From positions 62,001-126,000 of the forward strand of contig DF237077.1 of NCBI GenBank assembly GCA_000708835.1: a DNA stretch of 64,000 nt. The letters are read 5' to 3'. Shown here in pieces: positions 37,201 to 50,100 of the stretch (positions are counted from its first letter, which is position 1; each line of letters opens with the position of its first letter). This DNA is from Klebsormidium nitens (Eukaryota > Plantae > Klebsormidiophyceae). The notes under the pieces are model-generated. The model did not search any database. It had not been told where the DNA came from and saw nothing but the letters and a program-made list of their open reading frames with translations. The position numbers and the translations under genes were made by a program.

Positions 37201-37781
37201 CGATGTTTCTTTGTTTCTTTGTCGCTCGTTTTTACTGGTACGTCCTCTTCCGCAATCATTTTTTTGTGGCCTTGAATCGATCTAGCTCTCTTTTATATCG
37301 AGAGCAGCTCTTAAACGCGAGACGTCCTCTTTCGCCAGCATTCTTCAATCGTGTGTAAACCGCCCCTTCTCTTCCTCCTGATAAACATCTCTTTCCAGTG
37401 CGCCTGCTGACGTCATCGCCTTACTTTCTCCGCCAGGTCCAAGTCGCGGGGCCGGGGGGCGCCGTTCTTTACACGGGCATGACGGACGCGTTCGCGCACA
37501 TCCTGCGCACTGAAGGCATCAGCGGTTTGTACCGGGGCCTCGCCCCGGCGTCGCTCAAGATCCTGCCCATGGCCAGCGTCAGCTTCGGCGTGTATGAGTT
37601 GTCGCGTCACTTGCTGAGCGAAGCGGCGCAGGCCCAGCAAAAGCGGCGCTTCGAGAAGGCGTCTCTTGAGGCGGAAAAGAAGCGGCGCGCGAAGATTATC
37701 TTTAACGAGGGGGAGGGGGAGAAGGACGGGGTAACGAGCGGGTTGAAAGTTGCGAGCGAGGTGGGTCCGACAGGGCGGTGA
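31248..37781 (+). CDS. EF-hand-containing mitochondrial carrier family protein (Ca-regulated adenine nucleotide / ATP-Mg/Pi carrier-like), 9 exons, ~658 aa
   Basis: Exons: 31248-31830, 32331-32434, 32867-33016, 33325-33429, 34166-34387, 34905-34991, 35630-35810, 36576-36775, 37437-37781. EF loops are DKNQDGKLTESE and DRDGNGEITRQE. The three carrier repeats are PLETIRLQ, PLDVVRSR and PLELVSRR, with GLYRG-type motifs. The start codon is uncertain (alternative ATG near 31500). Confidence 0.88.
32435..32866 (+). other. GC-AG intron in the carrier gene
   Basis: CCAG|gcaagc ... ttgcag|GAA restores the canonical 12-residue EF loop DRDGNGEITRQ|E. The next in-frame GT would insert two residues and displace the position-12 Glu. 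Confidence 0.85.
35080..35215 (+). pseudogene. Decayed tandem duplicate (pseudo-exon) of carrier exon 34905-34991 plus adjacent intron
   Basis: The copy reads GT ATA CGG GCG GTC TT CAG AAT GCC GTT GAT TGC TTT GCC TAC AAG CTG CTG CTG AAT GGG GAC AGC CAG AAG TCG|gtgagt. It has two 1-nt deletions and a 9-nt deletion relative to the real exon. Confidence 0.85.
36423..36498. repeat. Perfect 15-bp inverted repeat (AGCATGGTTCCTGAT / ATCAGGAACCATGCT) with a 46-nt spacer
   Basis: Arms at 36423-36437 and 36484-36498 are exact reverse complements. Confidence 0.9.
36846..37052 (+). mobile_element. Candidate ~173-bp insertion flanked by 17-bp direct repeats (possible target-site duplication)
   Basis: CTTACCAGTCAATATTG occurs at 36846-36862 and 37036-37052. 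The intervening segment is CpG-rich and ends in an A-rich tract (AAAGCCGAACAGAAAAACAA). Confidence 0.45.
37124..37200 (+). repeat. Diverged copy of the 3' end of carrier exon 36576-36775 and its donor site
   Basis: Ungapped alignment to 36734-36810 gives 62/77 matches by hand count. The donor GTGAGG is mutated to CTGAGG. Confidence 0.85.
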
Positions 37782-39424
37782 CACGCAGGGAGGTGACGTG
37801 CAGACAGTGACAGTCATATCAAATACGTAGGGTGTTGTTTACGAAGATATATAAAAACAGTGGGGAGAGGGGGGGCGTAAGGAGATTGAAGAATGCGAAT
37901 TGAACTGGTCAGGCGAGGGCCGAGAAAGTTGCATACTCAGTGTTTGAAGATCAAAAGCGCGATGACAAATTAGTGAGCTGCTCTTGCGTTTGGCAGCCAG
38001 ATTGATCGTTGAGACAGTATGCTGCTGCGCTGTCACGGGAAGAAGCCTGCCGTGCGGGCCCCGAGTCAGTGACCTCGTAGGAGACATTTCAAGACTTGCA
38101 TGTGTGCAGTCAAAAGTAGGACAAAGGAGGGTGCCGGTGATGAGCACAGAGATATTGTAAAGCAAAGATCGAAAGTTTACACGTATCACTCCGTCGGCGA
38201 GCGAGCGTTTTAGCATGTTGGAACGTGGACACGATTAACAAAGCTTCTTGCGAACTTAGCTCTAGGTTTACAGAGGGGCTGTAGCTAGCAGCGACAGGCC
38301 AAGTTTAGCGTGGCTGACTACAGAGCGAGAGCTCTTGGAGCATATGTAGTGCAGAGATCTACTACTTGAGATTGTGAGTTTTATCATTGCTCTTTAAAGA
38401 TTAGCCTTCTTCAGGATTCTGCTTGTGCCTCACTTCGACTTCACCAGAACAAGTGACGTCATCAAGTTGAAGCTGAACTGCTATATCAATAGCTAAAAAA
38501 TGTACCACTGACTCTCCAATTGGTGACGCGTATTATTTAAATGGAGCCCAAGGGTCAGCTTGGCGATGAAGGCACGTGTGTATTGGCCCGGGTGCGCCAG
38601 GCGCACGTATACCACAGTCCGTGCAATGTCACTAGGTGTTACGGCATGGCGCACTATGACATCTATAAGCATATGTACTAAATCATTCATTTCTATATAG
38701 GTACCGTCTAATACCGGCGTACAGCCGCACAAATATACAGCCCTACAGGATGCAGTGCTTGCGCATTGGTAGGGCGAAGCTCGCGTACACCGCGTCATGC
38801 AGTTCACATATACATGCCTGCATGCAGGCCAGCCATGGGCGTAGCACAGAAATTGAAGGCCACAGGGGATGATCATGCCATATGAGCGGCCTCTAGCTTG
38901 CAACATTCGGCGCAAAGCAATCGTGATTCCACAGCAATATGGCCTGGCTATGAGTCACGCGATTAGATGACTTGCACACAGTCCCCGAATAATATAGTTC
39001 TAGGTACGTGCGATTGGGCCGCGTTTCCACTTGCAGCACTGGCAGGAAGCGGGCGGACCCGACCCTTGAATGCGACTTCTGCGTATGTACCGCCGTAAGT
39101 CCTGACCACTTGTTTCAGACATTGCGATACTGGCTCAGCTAATGCAGGCTGCTTTATCTGAGGCTGTCTCGTCCCGGTAAATTCAGCAAAGGCCTTGTCT
39201 CATCAATTTTGAATACCATACACTTCGAGGTATCCCTCCAAGACAGGCAATGTCCGCATTCGAGCATTCCCTCTACAAGCCACAGAGTCAGAAGCAGCCG
39301 ATGGCTACGAAATCCGATTGTGATTGTTTGTCCATCACTGATTTCTACCTTTGCTAGACTAGCAAAACAACTTTCAGAAGCACCTCGCCGAAACAACACG
39401 AGGCAGGACCAGGGGATCCTATCC

Positions 39425-41574
39425 TTAGAGTGGTAAATCGAGACCCTTCCCAACAGTGATACCTACCATCTCGAGGATTCCCCTGTTAGCAATCTGCGGA
39501 GAACAAAGGCGTCCATCAGTTTCGGTAGATGATTTTCTCTCTTTGGGCACTGTTCCGAATGGTAAGCATTTTTCTTCGGCTCTGTTAGCTGATGTTGTAT
39601 AATTGATGTTGTGTAGGCAGAACATGAGACCTCTGTCTTTCAATCTGGAGCGACCTTGTTTGCCAGGTCACAGATGCAGTGCATGTTCTGAAATAAGGTT
39701 GTCGCTACGTAGGTTAATTGGGGTATTTTAGACGTGGATGGGAAACTCGAAAGCTTCAGGCCAGTGAACTAAAAACTGTACCAAATTTGAGCCTTCGTAG
39801 CACCACGTCACAAGGTGGGACCAAAGGGCACAAGCGCCTCAAGTGACAAATGTCCACTTCCTCAGTAAAAAGGACGTGGGAGCATATTTGACAAGATCGA
39901 CAGAATCAAGCGAAACATCTTGTATAGCTCAAGTACAATTAAGGACATGTACCGAAGGTGGCTGTGGTTGGCCAGGCTAAGCTTCACCATAAAAACTGCA
40001 AACAGCACACTCCACTCACCAGCTCTACAAACGCGATGCCAAAGATCCCAATCATGCCCGCCCGGCTGTTCCAGACCTCAGCGTTTTCTGTGAAACCGAC
40101 CAAGTTCTGCGGCAGCTTCGGCTCCTGTCGTGGGGGCTCCACCTGCAAGCAGAACCATCGGCAGTCAGACAAAAAAGTATTGCAACTATCTCTATTGGCG
40201 CAGGATCAGCAAGATACACAAACTTTTGAACGCCGCTAGGCATGGATGATCAAGACAGGCTACACCGCGCAGAAGGCACATAGAAACTTGTCCTGGTCAG
40301 ATTTGGAGTCTCGAATGGAGTATTTATGGCTACAAGTGATATGTACTACTTTCATTCGTATGCTTGGTCAATGGCATCAAAAGATGAAGGCTCACCCCTG
40401 GTGGTGCTTTTGACACTGCCCTCGCCACTAATCTAGAAGACCTGGAGGAAGCGACGTGGGGAGCCGCTGTTGTCAGGCGCCCAGGGAGTGGGAGCGTCAA
40501 CCTGGAAAACGAGCAAGTCTGGTTAAGTACTACGGCCTGTCTCCCTCTCAGAAAGGCCCACTGGAAATTCTGGAGTGCTGCCCTGAGCCAAGAAGCTGTG
40601 GTAGGGGCTCAGAAGGCCTTGCTCAAGTGTGTACTTTAGAAGGCAAGGGCGGGCTGACTGAAAGTGACCCACATTCTCTAATGAAGCCGGCCGTCTGACC
40701 GTCCTGTATGAGAGAGGACATGAGTGCAGCTGAATGCCCTAGGCAATGACTTCAGCATCTTCACACGTGGGGGATTTAAAAGGGGCTCAATGTAGCTTCA
40801 AATTTGGCAGCTGCATTGCACTCACTGCCAGCAAATCATTAGGGGTTTGCTCTTTCCTTAAAACCGCAGGGCTGCTGGTGGACAGTTGTACGTTCTTATC
40901 ATGAGGAGCTGATGTGAGATACAAACGAGCCTTTTGACGACTTGTTTGATCAGCAGTTCAAAACAAAAACAGAATCAGTAGCATTCAAGCTGGAAGCATG
41001 GTCAGCAAGCACAGAGATAGAACTCTGCAACAAGGTCGATAAGCAGATGCCAAGTACTTGTTGGACCTCGAGTCCACACTAGAGAATCCAATGCAGTCTA
41101 ATACAACATATGTAACACCAAGGAGGTGGCTGGAGAGGGCTAGATTCAGCGCAACCGTCTTTCAAATTCTGCAGACTTCTCCACAATCTATTATTCTGGC
41201 GCGAGACAATAGAAATGATGCGTGAAGTTTTGTACATTTCACCATGTGCCAATCCGCTCAGCTGGACCATTTTGAGAGCTTCAAAAACTGGCTTCCTTCC
41301 AAAACGAAAGGTTCCTTCAACCAGCCCTCCATTAGGCATCAAGTATGTCGAAGCACAACCATCGGAGATGTTGGAAGGCGACCTGGAAAATCAAATGCTC
41401 AGTCTCCTGCTCATAGTGCAGGAAGGAGGTCTCTCACCCTTCTTTTCTAAGAAAGCTACCGCTGCAATGTGCGGGGGCGCAGGTACTGCTTGCAGAGCCC
41501 CTTTGCCCATGTGCTTGCCCAGCAGAAAGCGAGCAGATCTGCGAAAACTGTTGTATGCATACCGCCGACGCCAT
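39425..41574 (-). CDS. OHP1: One-helix protein 1 (HLIP/LHC-like), 4 exons, ~144 aa
   Basis: Exons: 41438-41574 (tentative transit-peptide exon), 40396-40501, 40020-40142, 39425-39493. The motif VGFTENAEVWNSRAGMIG and the C-terminus GILEMVGITVGKGLDLPL are characteristic of OHP1. The first exon is inferred from the ATG context and phase match. Confidence 0.88.
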
Positions 41575-42063
41575 TTCTAGTGATCAGAAACTCGCTCAGG
41601 GTACCCCTTGGCGCAGATTCTTAAACGAGATGTCCTTGGTGTTCTGCGCTTTCAGTGTCACTGTCGGAAGATGAGAACTTTTCTGGCAGTCTGCAACCTT
41701 GCATTGAACTGCATTCCAAGCTGTCTTCTTCAGGCTCGCTGCTGCACAGCAGGAGGAGCCGCAATAAGGAGGTGATCAGCATAGCCTATTCTATAGTTCG
41801 AAGTCTTGTCGTCGATTACAGTTCTGCTTTCTCAGTCTTACAACTGTCGACGACGTCCGGTGGTGCCAGGCCCGTATGGCGCGATAAGAGGATTGCTAGT
41901 AGGGGATCGACGCCGTTGCTTGAGCCACGTCACGCACAGACGCCCCTAACTAGGAAGAGCGGGCTTCTTGCTTTCCAGGCTCGAAAGAAGCTCAAGCTAG
42001 GAAGAAGCGTCGGAGCCTGTGCCGGGCGCAATCTGCTGGCAGTGCAGCAAAACGATCAGTGCC
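41575..42063. promoter_or_regulatory. Putative bidirectional promoter region OHP1 / zinc-knuckle gene
   Basis: Divergent ATGs lie about 490 bp apart, depending on the tentative OHP1 first exon. Confidence 0.35.
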
Positions 42064-45000
42064 ATGGCGCATCCAGGTGTGGGACGGTTGAGAGGTGGTG
42101 GTGACCACAGCGACGATGAGGATGGTCCTGATGCAGATTTGACCCTTGGCATCATGGCAAACTTCAGGAAGAAGTTTGAAGCGGATGGCGCTTTGGGGAC
42201 GAAACCTGAAGGAGGGGCTAGTCGAAAGAAGCAAGGTCCAGTACTTGAAGGCGATGCTTCTGCTTTGGAAGACGAGGCGAGGGCATCGAAGAAGAGGAAA
42301 AAGAAGGGTGCTCTGGATCGACTAGAGAAGCGAGAGAGGAGTAGGAGCAGCACTCCTTTGAGCCACCGGCAGGATTCAGAGCAGGAGAGCCCGAGGGAGA
42401 GAAGGAAGAAGAAAAGGAAGGCATTCCATGAGGTCGAATCAGCGGCTGTTGAAGTGCGGGGGGTGAATCCAGCTTGGGGCGATGGGCCTAGAGACGGCTC
42501 TAGTGAAGAAGAAGGACAGATTTTTGAAGAGGCAGAGGAGAGAGTCTTTGATGCTAGAGATGGTCTTTACGTAGCCAAAGGCCAAGGGTTTTCTGGTACT
42601 GATAATGGTCTTGATGATGTGGACAGGCCAGACACAGACCTCGAAATACATGAGACGTCACATGAGCTGAGGAAAGAGAGCAAGGTGCGTTGTTGTGCAA
42701 AGTTATCTGCAGTTGCTCGTGTGGAACGATCAGACACGATTAGGGTTTGGACGCTCTCTCTTGAAGATTTGTTTGGTTTGGGGACTGATTGTTTTTCTAA
42801 AGCAGTCAAAGGGACTGATATTGACGGAGTTTGGTGCTTGGTTGTATCTATGGATTACGTCGCATGATCGTGTGATGCTTTTCATATCAGGCCATTGAAA
42901 CTTTTCATGGTGGGGCATTATGATGAATTCACTATACATAAGGAGCTGCCTTTCTACGATTGTTCAAATGTATAGGTGACAGACCGGGGTTTTCTGGGCA
43001 CATTCTGCCATGGTCACATTCAGCATCTGTTGTCGATGCTATAAATGTTTACTTCTGGTGTAAAATGCCAGCTTTGTGTAGGTGAAGTATTAAACTGCCT
43101 CTGTCCCCTGTTAAGTTGAAAAGTGCCAGTTGCTTGGAGCTAACTTAACGCATTCTGAGCTGACACATACTCTCAGAGAGTTGTTTGCGCGCCATTGGAA
43201 AGTTGCGGTTTCTTTTCCTTGTAAAGCAGGGAAAGAAATGCCAATGGCAGCTAGTCTGGTGGTAGGATGCAAGTGAGGCTGTCAGGCAGTTCAACTATCA
43301 ATATTGACCTTGTTCATAAGTCGGTGGTAAATTCTCAAGGTTGATGGCATCACTGTTGTGAATGCAACTGTGACATTGCTAGTTTAAGTGTTTTCGAGGT
43401 AGATTGCCCAAATGGCAGCACGCTATGATTGAAGCTGTAACCCATTTTGCAGCGCGCATGTCAAGCTGTTGCACTTATTTTGCACTCCCGTCACTGGCCT
43501 CCTTCCGTCCTTCCTTGATGTGTTTTGGTTTTTGTGTGATAGTGGGTGGAACTTGTGCACCTGAACATTGTACAATCTTCTTTCTGATGATGCCTTCTAT
43601 CTTTCTTTGTTGAACGCAGTGCTGTTACACCTCTCATTACTTCTCACATCAGTTGGGGCGATGCATCTCTGCACTCCCGGGTGCTCAGGAGGGGCATGGG
43701 GCTAGGCTTTTTTGGATATTCGCTCAACAGCTCAACGTCCCTCCACTCTTCCTTGTGTTACACGGCCCTGTTCTGTCTTTGCAGGTGAATGCTGCTGGCC
43801 CGAGTCTGGAGGCGCCAGATTCGAGTCCCCCCAGAGAGGCGGACACCGACGCCCCTGCAGTTCCATCTGGCGACACTCTTACTATGAACAACTTGTTGGT
43901 GAGTCCAGCTCCTAGAAGCATCTGTGCTTGAAGGGAAGAGGAAGCTTGATTGGGCTTGGTTGCTTCTTACAAAGAAGCCCATCAACGAGTCGGGGATAAC
44001 GTCCTCAGGTGCTTTCGGCAACAGGATGGGCTCCTGGCGACCAGCCGCTTGTCGATGTTGAGCAAGTCCGGACTTTTTCAGGTCTTTGTGGAATTTTGAT
44101 CTCCTTGAACTGGCCTTACGCATTCAGACTGTTGCTCCTTTGGGGTCCACTTGCAGCCTCACAACTTGTTCCAAGGAACTCATCACTTGAATACAGTCTC
44201 AACAGAGCTCAGTCCGCTTATTAGCAACCTCGGTCGCCAACCTTCTCTGCTATTACCTACTTACGAACGAGTGCCACCACCGGATTGGCAAGCTGATGCA
44301 TAAGAGAGCATGTTCCGTCTGTGTTATGCAGCGTGGACGGCGCTACTGGGATCCACCCGAGGACAACGCGCAGCGGTGTTTCAACTGTGGGGCTACGGGG
44401 CACAAGGCCTGGAACTGCCCCGAGCCAAAGAAGGAGCGGCCCTGCTTTGTGTGCGGCAAGTTTGGACACCTCGGCCAGAAGTGTCCAACGGGGAAGCTGT
44501 GCTTCGTGTGTGGGAAGGGGGGCCACGAAGCCAGGGTAAGAGTGCTGTTTTCCTCTTTTCGCTTGCTTTCCAGCCAGCTATGCCCGACCCGGATCATGCT
44601 TCGCGCTCTTGAAACTCCCCCATTATGTCGTCTCGGGTGTTGCTTACACCCGGAACACAGGGGAAGCAGCTTTGTCCTCTCTCAGACGAGCTCCTGAATT
44701 TGGTTCATGCTTGCCAGCTCAGTTGGTGACCAAACTTTTGAAAATTCTGTTCGCAGAACTCATCTTGGAACGGATGTTTTCTGGGCGCACCCTTTTCTTT
44801 CGTGGTTCCAGCCGTTGAAGATTGTTGCTTTCCAATCGAACAGGACTGCCCCAAAAAGGGTATGCGGCGGGGCGCAGGCTGGGCCTCCGGCGAGGGTCAG
44901 GAGGGGAACGTGTGCTACAAGTGCGGCTGGGAGGGACACACTCGAGCAGAGTGCTGGCGGGACTATGATGAGGCGGACCTCCAGGCAAGATTTTAAGTTT

Positions 45001-46538
45001 GCACCGTTCTATCTTCTGCAGCACGATGATGAGATGGGTGCTGTTCTTGTTGGATTCAGAACAGAAACATGCTGTTGCTTGCTGTTTGCCCAGTATTCAG
45101 GATACGCATCATGAGGCAGAGACCGGTCAAACAAGCGCAGCTGTGCTCCTCATGCGACGTTGTGTCTCGTCTCCCGGTTGGAGCGGTGCTTGTTGCCATC
45201 GCGACTTGGTGGTAATATTATGTTTCAGCTTAGTGACACCCTTCTTTTTTCGGATCAACTTAGGTGTCAATGTCGAACCAAACACCTGTCAAACAGACAA
45301 TCTGCTGACCATTCTCTGGTCAAGATGGTCCTCGTTTGTCTGCGGCACAGCCTGGGTAAGCAGAACGATCTTCAGTTCTGTGAAACGATCTTCAGTCCTG
45401 TGGAATCCATTTTGAACATTCTGACTCCCGATTCTTTTTCCTGCAGTTGATTCGGTGCTACATCTGCGGCGAGCACGGTCACCTGTCGTGCGTTGATGTC
45501 ATAGAGAACGGCCCGCAGGAGGTCACGTGCTATCAGTGCGGCCAGTCCGGTCACACGGGCGACGGTTGCGCGCGTGGCGGCAGGGGCAATTATGAGCGCG
45601 ACGATGGTGGTCTCACGTGCTACCGGTGCGGGGAGAAGGGGCACATTGCCCGGGGCTGCAGCAAGCAGGTACGAGAAGCGAACGCAATTTTGCGAGGCTG
45701 TGTTTTTCGTTTGGTGGTTGGTTGGGCCTTCGGCAAGAGGTCAGAGCGGTGAGCACTGCTTTAAGCGCGGTGCCGAGAGTATCTGTGTGATCAAAAAAGA
45801 GTTCGGAAGCTCTAGATTGCTTGTTTATCAGCTTCCCTTAGCTTACCGATCTTGTCAAGATGCTGAACGTTCAATATGCTCGGGTTCTGTCTCAAAACGA
45901 TAGGAAAACCGCTTTGTTGGTGGGTTGGTTGGTGTCTGAGATTCTGGTTGGTGGCTTCGACTTCATTTCGGAGTATCATTCTACACGCATCGACTTTCAA
46001 GTTCCTGACTTTCTAGCACCTGCTGATTCTTCTCGTGTCGCTGCTGCAGAACAACTTTACAAGGAACCACCGGCCTGCGTACTACGAGCGGGATGTGTAC
46101 AGAGGCGGCTACAACGACCGCTACGATCCAGACCAGGATTACGACGATCTGGATGCTCCCGAGCACGACTATTTTAGCAACTCTCGCTCCCAAGAAGGGA
46201 ACGAGGGGCTGTGGTTAGGAGGGGGCTATAAAGCGGGATCGTCCTGGAGGGACGATTACGATCAAGATGACAGAAACTCCGGTGGGGTGTCAAGGGGAAG
46301 TAGCAAATACGGCAACAGAAGGTATAGCGATGAGTACGGGTATGAGAACCGGCGAAAGGACAGTAGGTACGAGGAAGGCTATCATGGGTACAACGGAGAT
46401 GACACGGGGAGGTCGAAGTCGACGGGTAGGCGGCCGTGGCAGGAAGACCGACAAGAGGAACGGACACACAGGAGGTGGGGTGGCGGCGGGCGCGAGTATC
46501 AAGGATCTTATGCAGGTCACAAACGAAACCGTTACTGA
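42064..46538 (+). CDS. Multi-zinc-knuckle (CCHC) RNA-binding protein, AIR1/ZCCHC7-like, 6 exons, ~596 aa
   Basis: Exons: 42064-42684, 43785-43898, 44332-44535, 44844-44984, 45447-45668, 46050-46538. It has six canonical CX2CX4HX4C knuckles plus one shortened one (CYICGEHGHLSC), preceded by LLRGRRYWDPP. The N-terminus is acidic/basic and the tail is R/G/D/Y-rich. Confidence 0.85.
44985..45446 (+). other. GC-AG intron in the zinc-knuckle gene
   Basis: CCAG|gcaaga. Read-through hits an in-frame TAA before any GT, and a phase-0 join gives DEADLQ|LIRCYICG. Confidence 0.85.
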
Positions 46539-47138
46539 GGTACACAATCTGATAACATGGGAAGAGGATCTAGGATTTCAGCTCGATTGTGTTTGGGCGC
46601 GACTGTTGACCCATCCTCTTTGGACCCGAGCTGTCAGCACTCATGCCAGCCAGTCATCATGTTTGACTGATTCGAAAAAGTAGATCTCTCTTGAGAGAGG
46701 CCGGATGAGGAGATCGAAGCTGTTGATTGTTGTTACATGCAACATTTAAACCTCATGATCCTGCCATGTCAGTATTGGAGATTGCCGGCCGACCTGCAGT
46801 ACGTGTGCATGCGCGCCCAATACAGTGCAGTCCACGCGAACCTACGTATAGCTTCAAGTGAAAGGCCGAATTTCCCGATAGCTGACATATGCATGCCTTC
46901 TAACTGCCTGGCATGTTTAATTTCATTGCAACCCGTGGGCCCGCAAATTACTTGGAATTGTTGCGTGGATTGCATGAACATGATTGACCGTATGCCATGA
47001 TGGTGCAATTTTGCATGCCAGGTGACGTCCTCGGACAGGTTATACTCGACTGGGTAACGTGCACTGCAGACGGCCGGGACTCATTGGCGCAGATGGCGGC
47101 CACCATGTGCTCTTCTCAACTTGCTTCACGCGAGCTTG

Positions 47139-50100
47139 CTAGCAGAGCTTGAGGCAGATTTTGAGACACTCTTCTGTCTTGTCCTCCGCATCGTTCACGA
47201 ATATTAGCACCTGCCAGACAGATTAACGCGTCAGAGAACTGGCTCCGACTAGAAGCAGCAATCGATGGGGCATATGCAGACTACTCAGTGGAACGATCTG
47301 CGACGAGGTAGTTCGCTCAAATCGCTCTTCATGCGTCCCTCAGAGAATGCGGATACCAATTTCCAGCTATTGATAGACTACTGATTCTGGTTATCAAACG
47401 GTAGAAGTGGAACTGTTGTTACCAGGTCGTGGCATGCATAGTGATATCTGTTACAGAAGTTTTGTTAAGTCGCTTTGGGTTGTTGCCCATACAGACTTTA
47501 CAGACTGAACGCCGCGCACTTGCGTAAAGCATCCACAAACCAAAAGCGTCCCGATGTTGGGGTGAAATCTCGTCCCTGTGCACCATAATCCACACCGCTC
47601 GATTTGCCGTTGTCATTGCTCTTCTAGCAACCGCGTTGCTCTTTCTGAAGTTTGAATACGACAACACAAATTGGTCATCAGAGTCTGCCAAGAGCTTCTT
47701 CATGTTTTCCAACCCCTCACCTCTTCAAGGCGCGCTCCCCTCACGGCAGTTCCGTTCACGGTGAGTCCGATGTAGCGCGTTCCGTCCGCCGGGACGTCGA
47801 GGACGTCAGCCGGACGGAACGAGATCAGCTGCGGATGGGACGAGCTGAGATAGAAGAGCTTGGGGTGCGGGTACGGGTTGGTGAAACTGATCTTCTTTTT
47901 TGCAACTGTGCCGGCCGCGACTTCGACCTCGAACATCTTGGAAGCCTGCAGAAGGAGTACAGAAGAAGGTATTTAATCAGAATCTTCCTCATTCCCCTGT
48001 TCTTAATGAATCAGAATAATTGGATCCTGCTGTGCTTTTTGAGCGACGGCTGACTGAGTGCGCATGGCTCGTTCTTTACTTTTGGGGGCTACCAATGATG
48101 TAGAACATTTGTGCTCTGCTAAGAAGCCTAGCTGCTTTCAAAAAGACTTCTCGGGACGGATCCTATCCTATACCCATGTCTTCGGACCTGTATCTTGTTA
48201 AGCATTTCGGCAGACCCTGATGGCTTCTATATATGGTAAAAGGGCTTGCGACTAACCACGGGCTGCTAATCCTGCGGTCCATTTCAAAGCTTCGGTCTTT
48301 CTGAAAGAATTCTCCGGAGTCCTTACCTGCGGCAAACTCGTTCTGGCTGCGATCATATACGCTCCCACCAGCTGACGGCTCTGCGTGTCGACCACGTGGA
48401 GCCGGATCGCTTGCTTTTCCGTTCCGGTGGGCTTGTACGCCAGCGTCAGTTCCGTCAGCGAGCCGGCCGGAAGGACAAGCTCCGGCGGCCGTATCTGCGA
48501 AATACGGTTCCGCGTGAAGCTGAGAGAACCGCATCCGACCGCGTACATTGCGAGACCGATGTCAGGAAAAACGTGCAAAGTTTGGTGGAGCAAGTAAGCA
48601 GAAGCTTAAAGACATCAAGATACATCATTTCCTGAAAAGGGTGAGCACGAGTAGGGTGCTTCGCTCCGTTGCTTGCACGTTTCTTCAAGCTCACCTCCAG
48701 ATGTCGTGGATCCGTGCAGTAGCATGCCACGTGGCGGGTCACGTGGCCCCCCTTCACCACCAGGGTGCTCCGGGTGGTCTGTCCCAACGTGGCGCCTGCA
48801 GAAGTACCGGACAAGGGACACGTGTCAAGGTCAATTTGTACCATGAAGTTGCACATTTACTTCTACGCGCACATTCTCAGGTCTTGGATGTCGGAACAAC
48901 CAAAGACTCCGTCGATCAAAGAGATTGGCTCGGAAAACGCACGTCCAGAAGCTTGGGTCTGGGACCAAAGCAGGTCCAAGTCGCGCCCGCGCAACATTCT
49001 ATCAATCTCTACGCGCACGAGGCTCTGGTTTGTTTTGAACAGCCAATACTCTGAATGGGATGCAAATAGATGCATCGAAGCTTTGCTGAAGCGTTTGGAA
49101 TCCCCTCTGTTTTTCTCAACAAACGCGGCGGGCCTCACCGATATCATGCCGCCTCAGTGAGTGCACGAAAACGCGCCACGTGGCGAGCAGCTGGCCCATG
49201 TAACGGTCCCCGTACACCGTCACGTAAAACTGCGCCGTTTCTGGGGCCGCCCCGCACTTCACTTTCAGATGCACCCCCGTTCCGTCGTTCGGGCCGTCCA
49301 GATTCCGGTCCGAAGCGCCCGCGGAACTGTCCGTAAGGCTGACGATCACCCGTGGGTCGCTGCTGCGCGCGCAGGCCGCAGGAGGCGCGCGCGCGAGCGG
49401 GAGCGTCGCTTTGAGGAAGTCGTGCTCGGCCTGCGAGAAACAGATCCGCGCTCTAGTTCGCAGTCGAGGTTCTGTTTTTCTGACTTGTGGCAAACAAACT
49501 TTGCGCTTCTCATAAGGTAGGAGCCAAAAAAGCACACCTCTCCAAACCTAATCTCAATCTGCTCTGATGAACGCCTTCGTTGGATCCTGCTTCCGAGCAA
49601 CACTGGTCACCGCAGCGCTCCTCTTCTCCCTTGACTACCGGTGCGCTGAAGCTTCGAAAGATCATTGCTGTTTGATTTTATATGCGCTAGGGTGGCAATG
49701 AGTTCGCCTGGCCAAGAGCAGAGAAGAACAACGATCCAAGGCGTGACTTGAGTTTTTTCTCACCTGATAAAATCTGAATGTCCGATCGACCACCAACGGT
49801 CCGAAGCGCACCGCCACCTCCCGTACGTCCGCAGGCCAGCCGTCTTTGATCGCCACTAACGAGACTTTAACCACTTTTTCGTCGCTTTCTCCCCGGTCCT
49901 CCAATAAGTGCCCCGTCCTGCCGCCACGTGTCCTGCTCTCATTGGGCCCCCCTTCAGCACCTCCAACGTCCAAACCGTTTCCGTCCGAAACCTGTCCGAA
50001 TCGCGGTCCGGTATCGTCCGGGAAAGATGCGCTCTGGTACTTTAACGCAAGCCGACACGATTCGTGGGGCGACAGGAAGAGGTGGCCCTCCTTGTCGAAA

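Noticed and set aside
42064-46538. Retrotransposon gag (CCHC knuckles)
   Set aside because: The gene is spliced with 7 knuckles and an AIR1/ZCCHC7-type context, with no LTRs, protease, RT or integrase.
47419-47712. 97-aa minus-strand ORF as an NPHP4 terminal exon
   Set aside because: The conserved NPHP4 C-terminus (VLIFVNDAEDKTEEC) is at 47139-47210, so this ORF is intronic.
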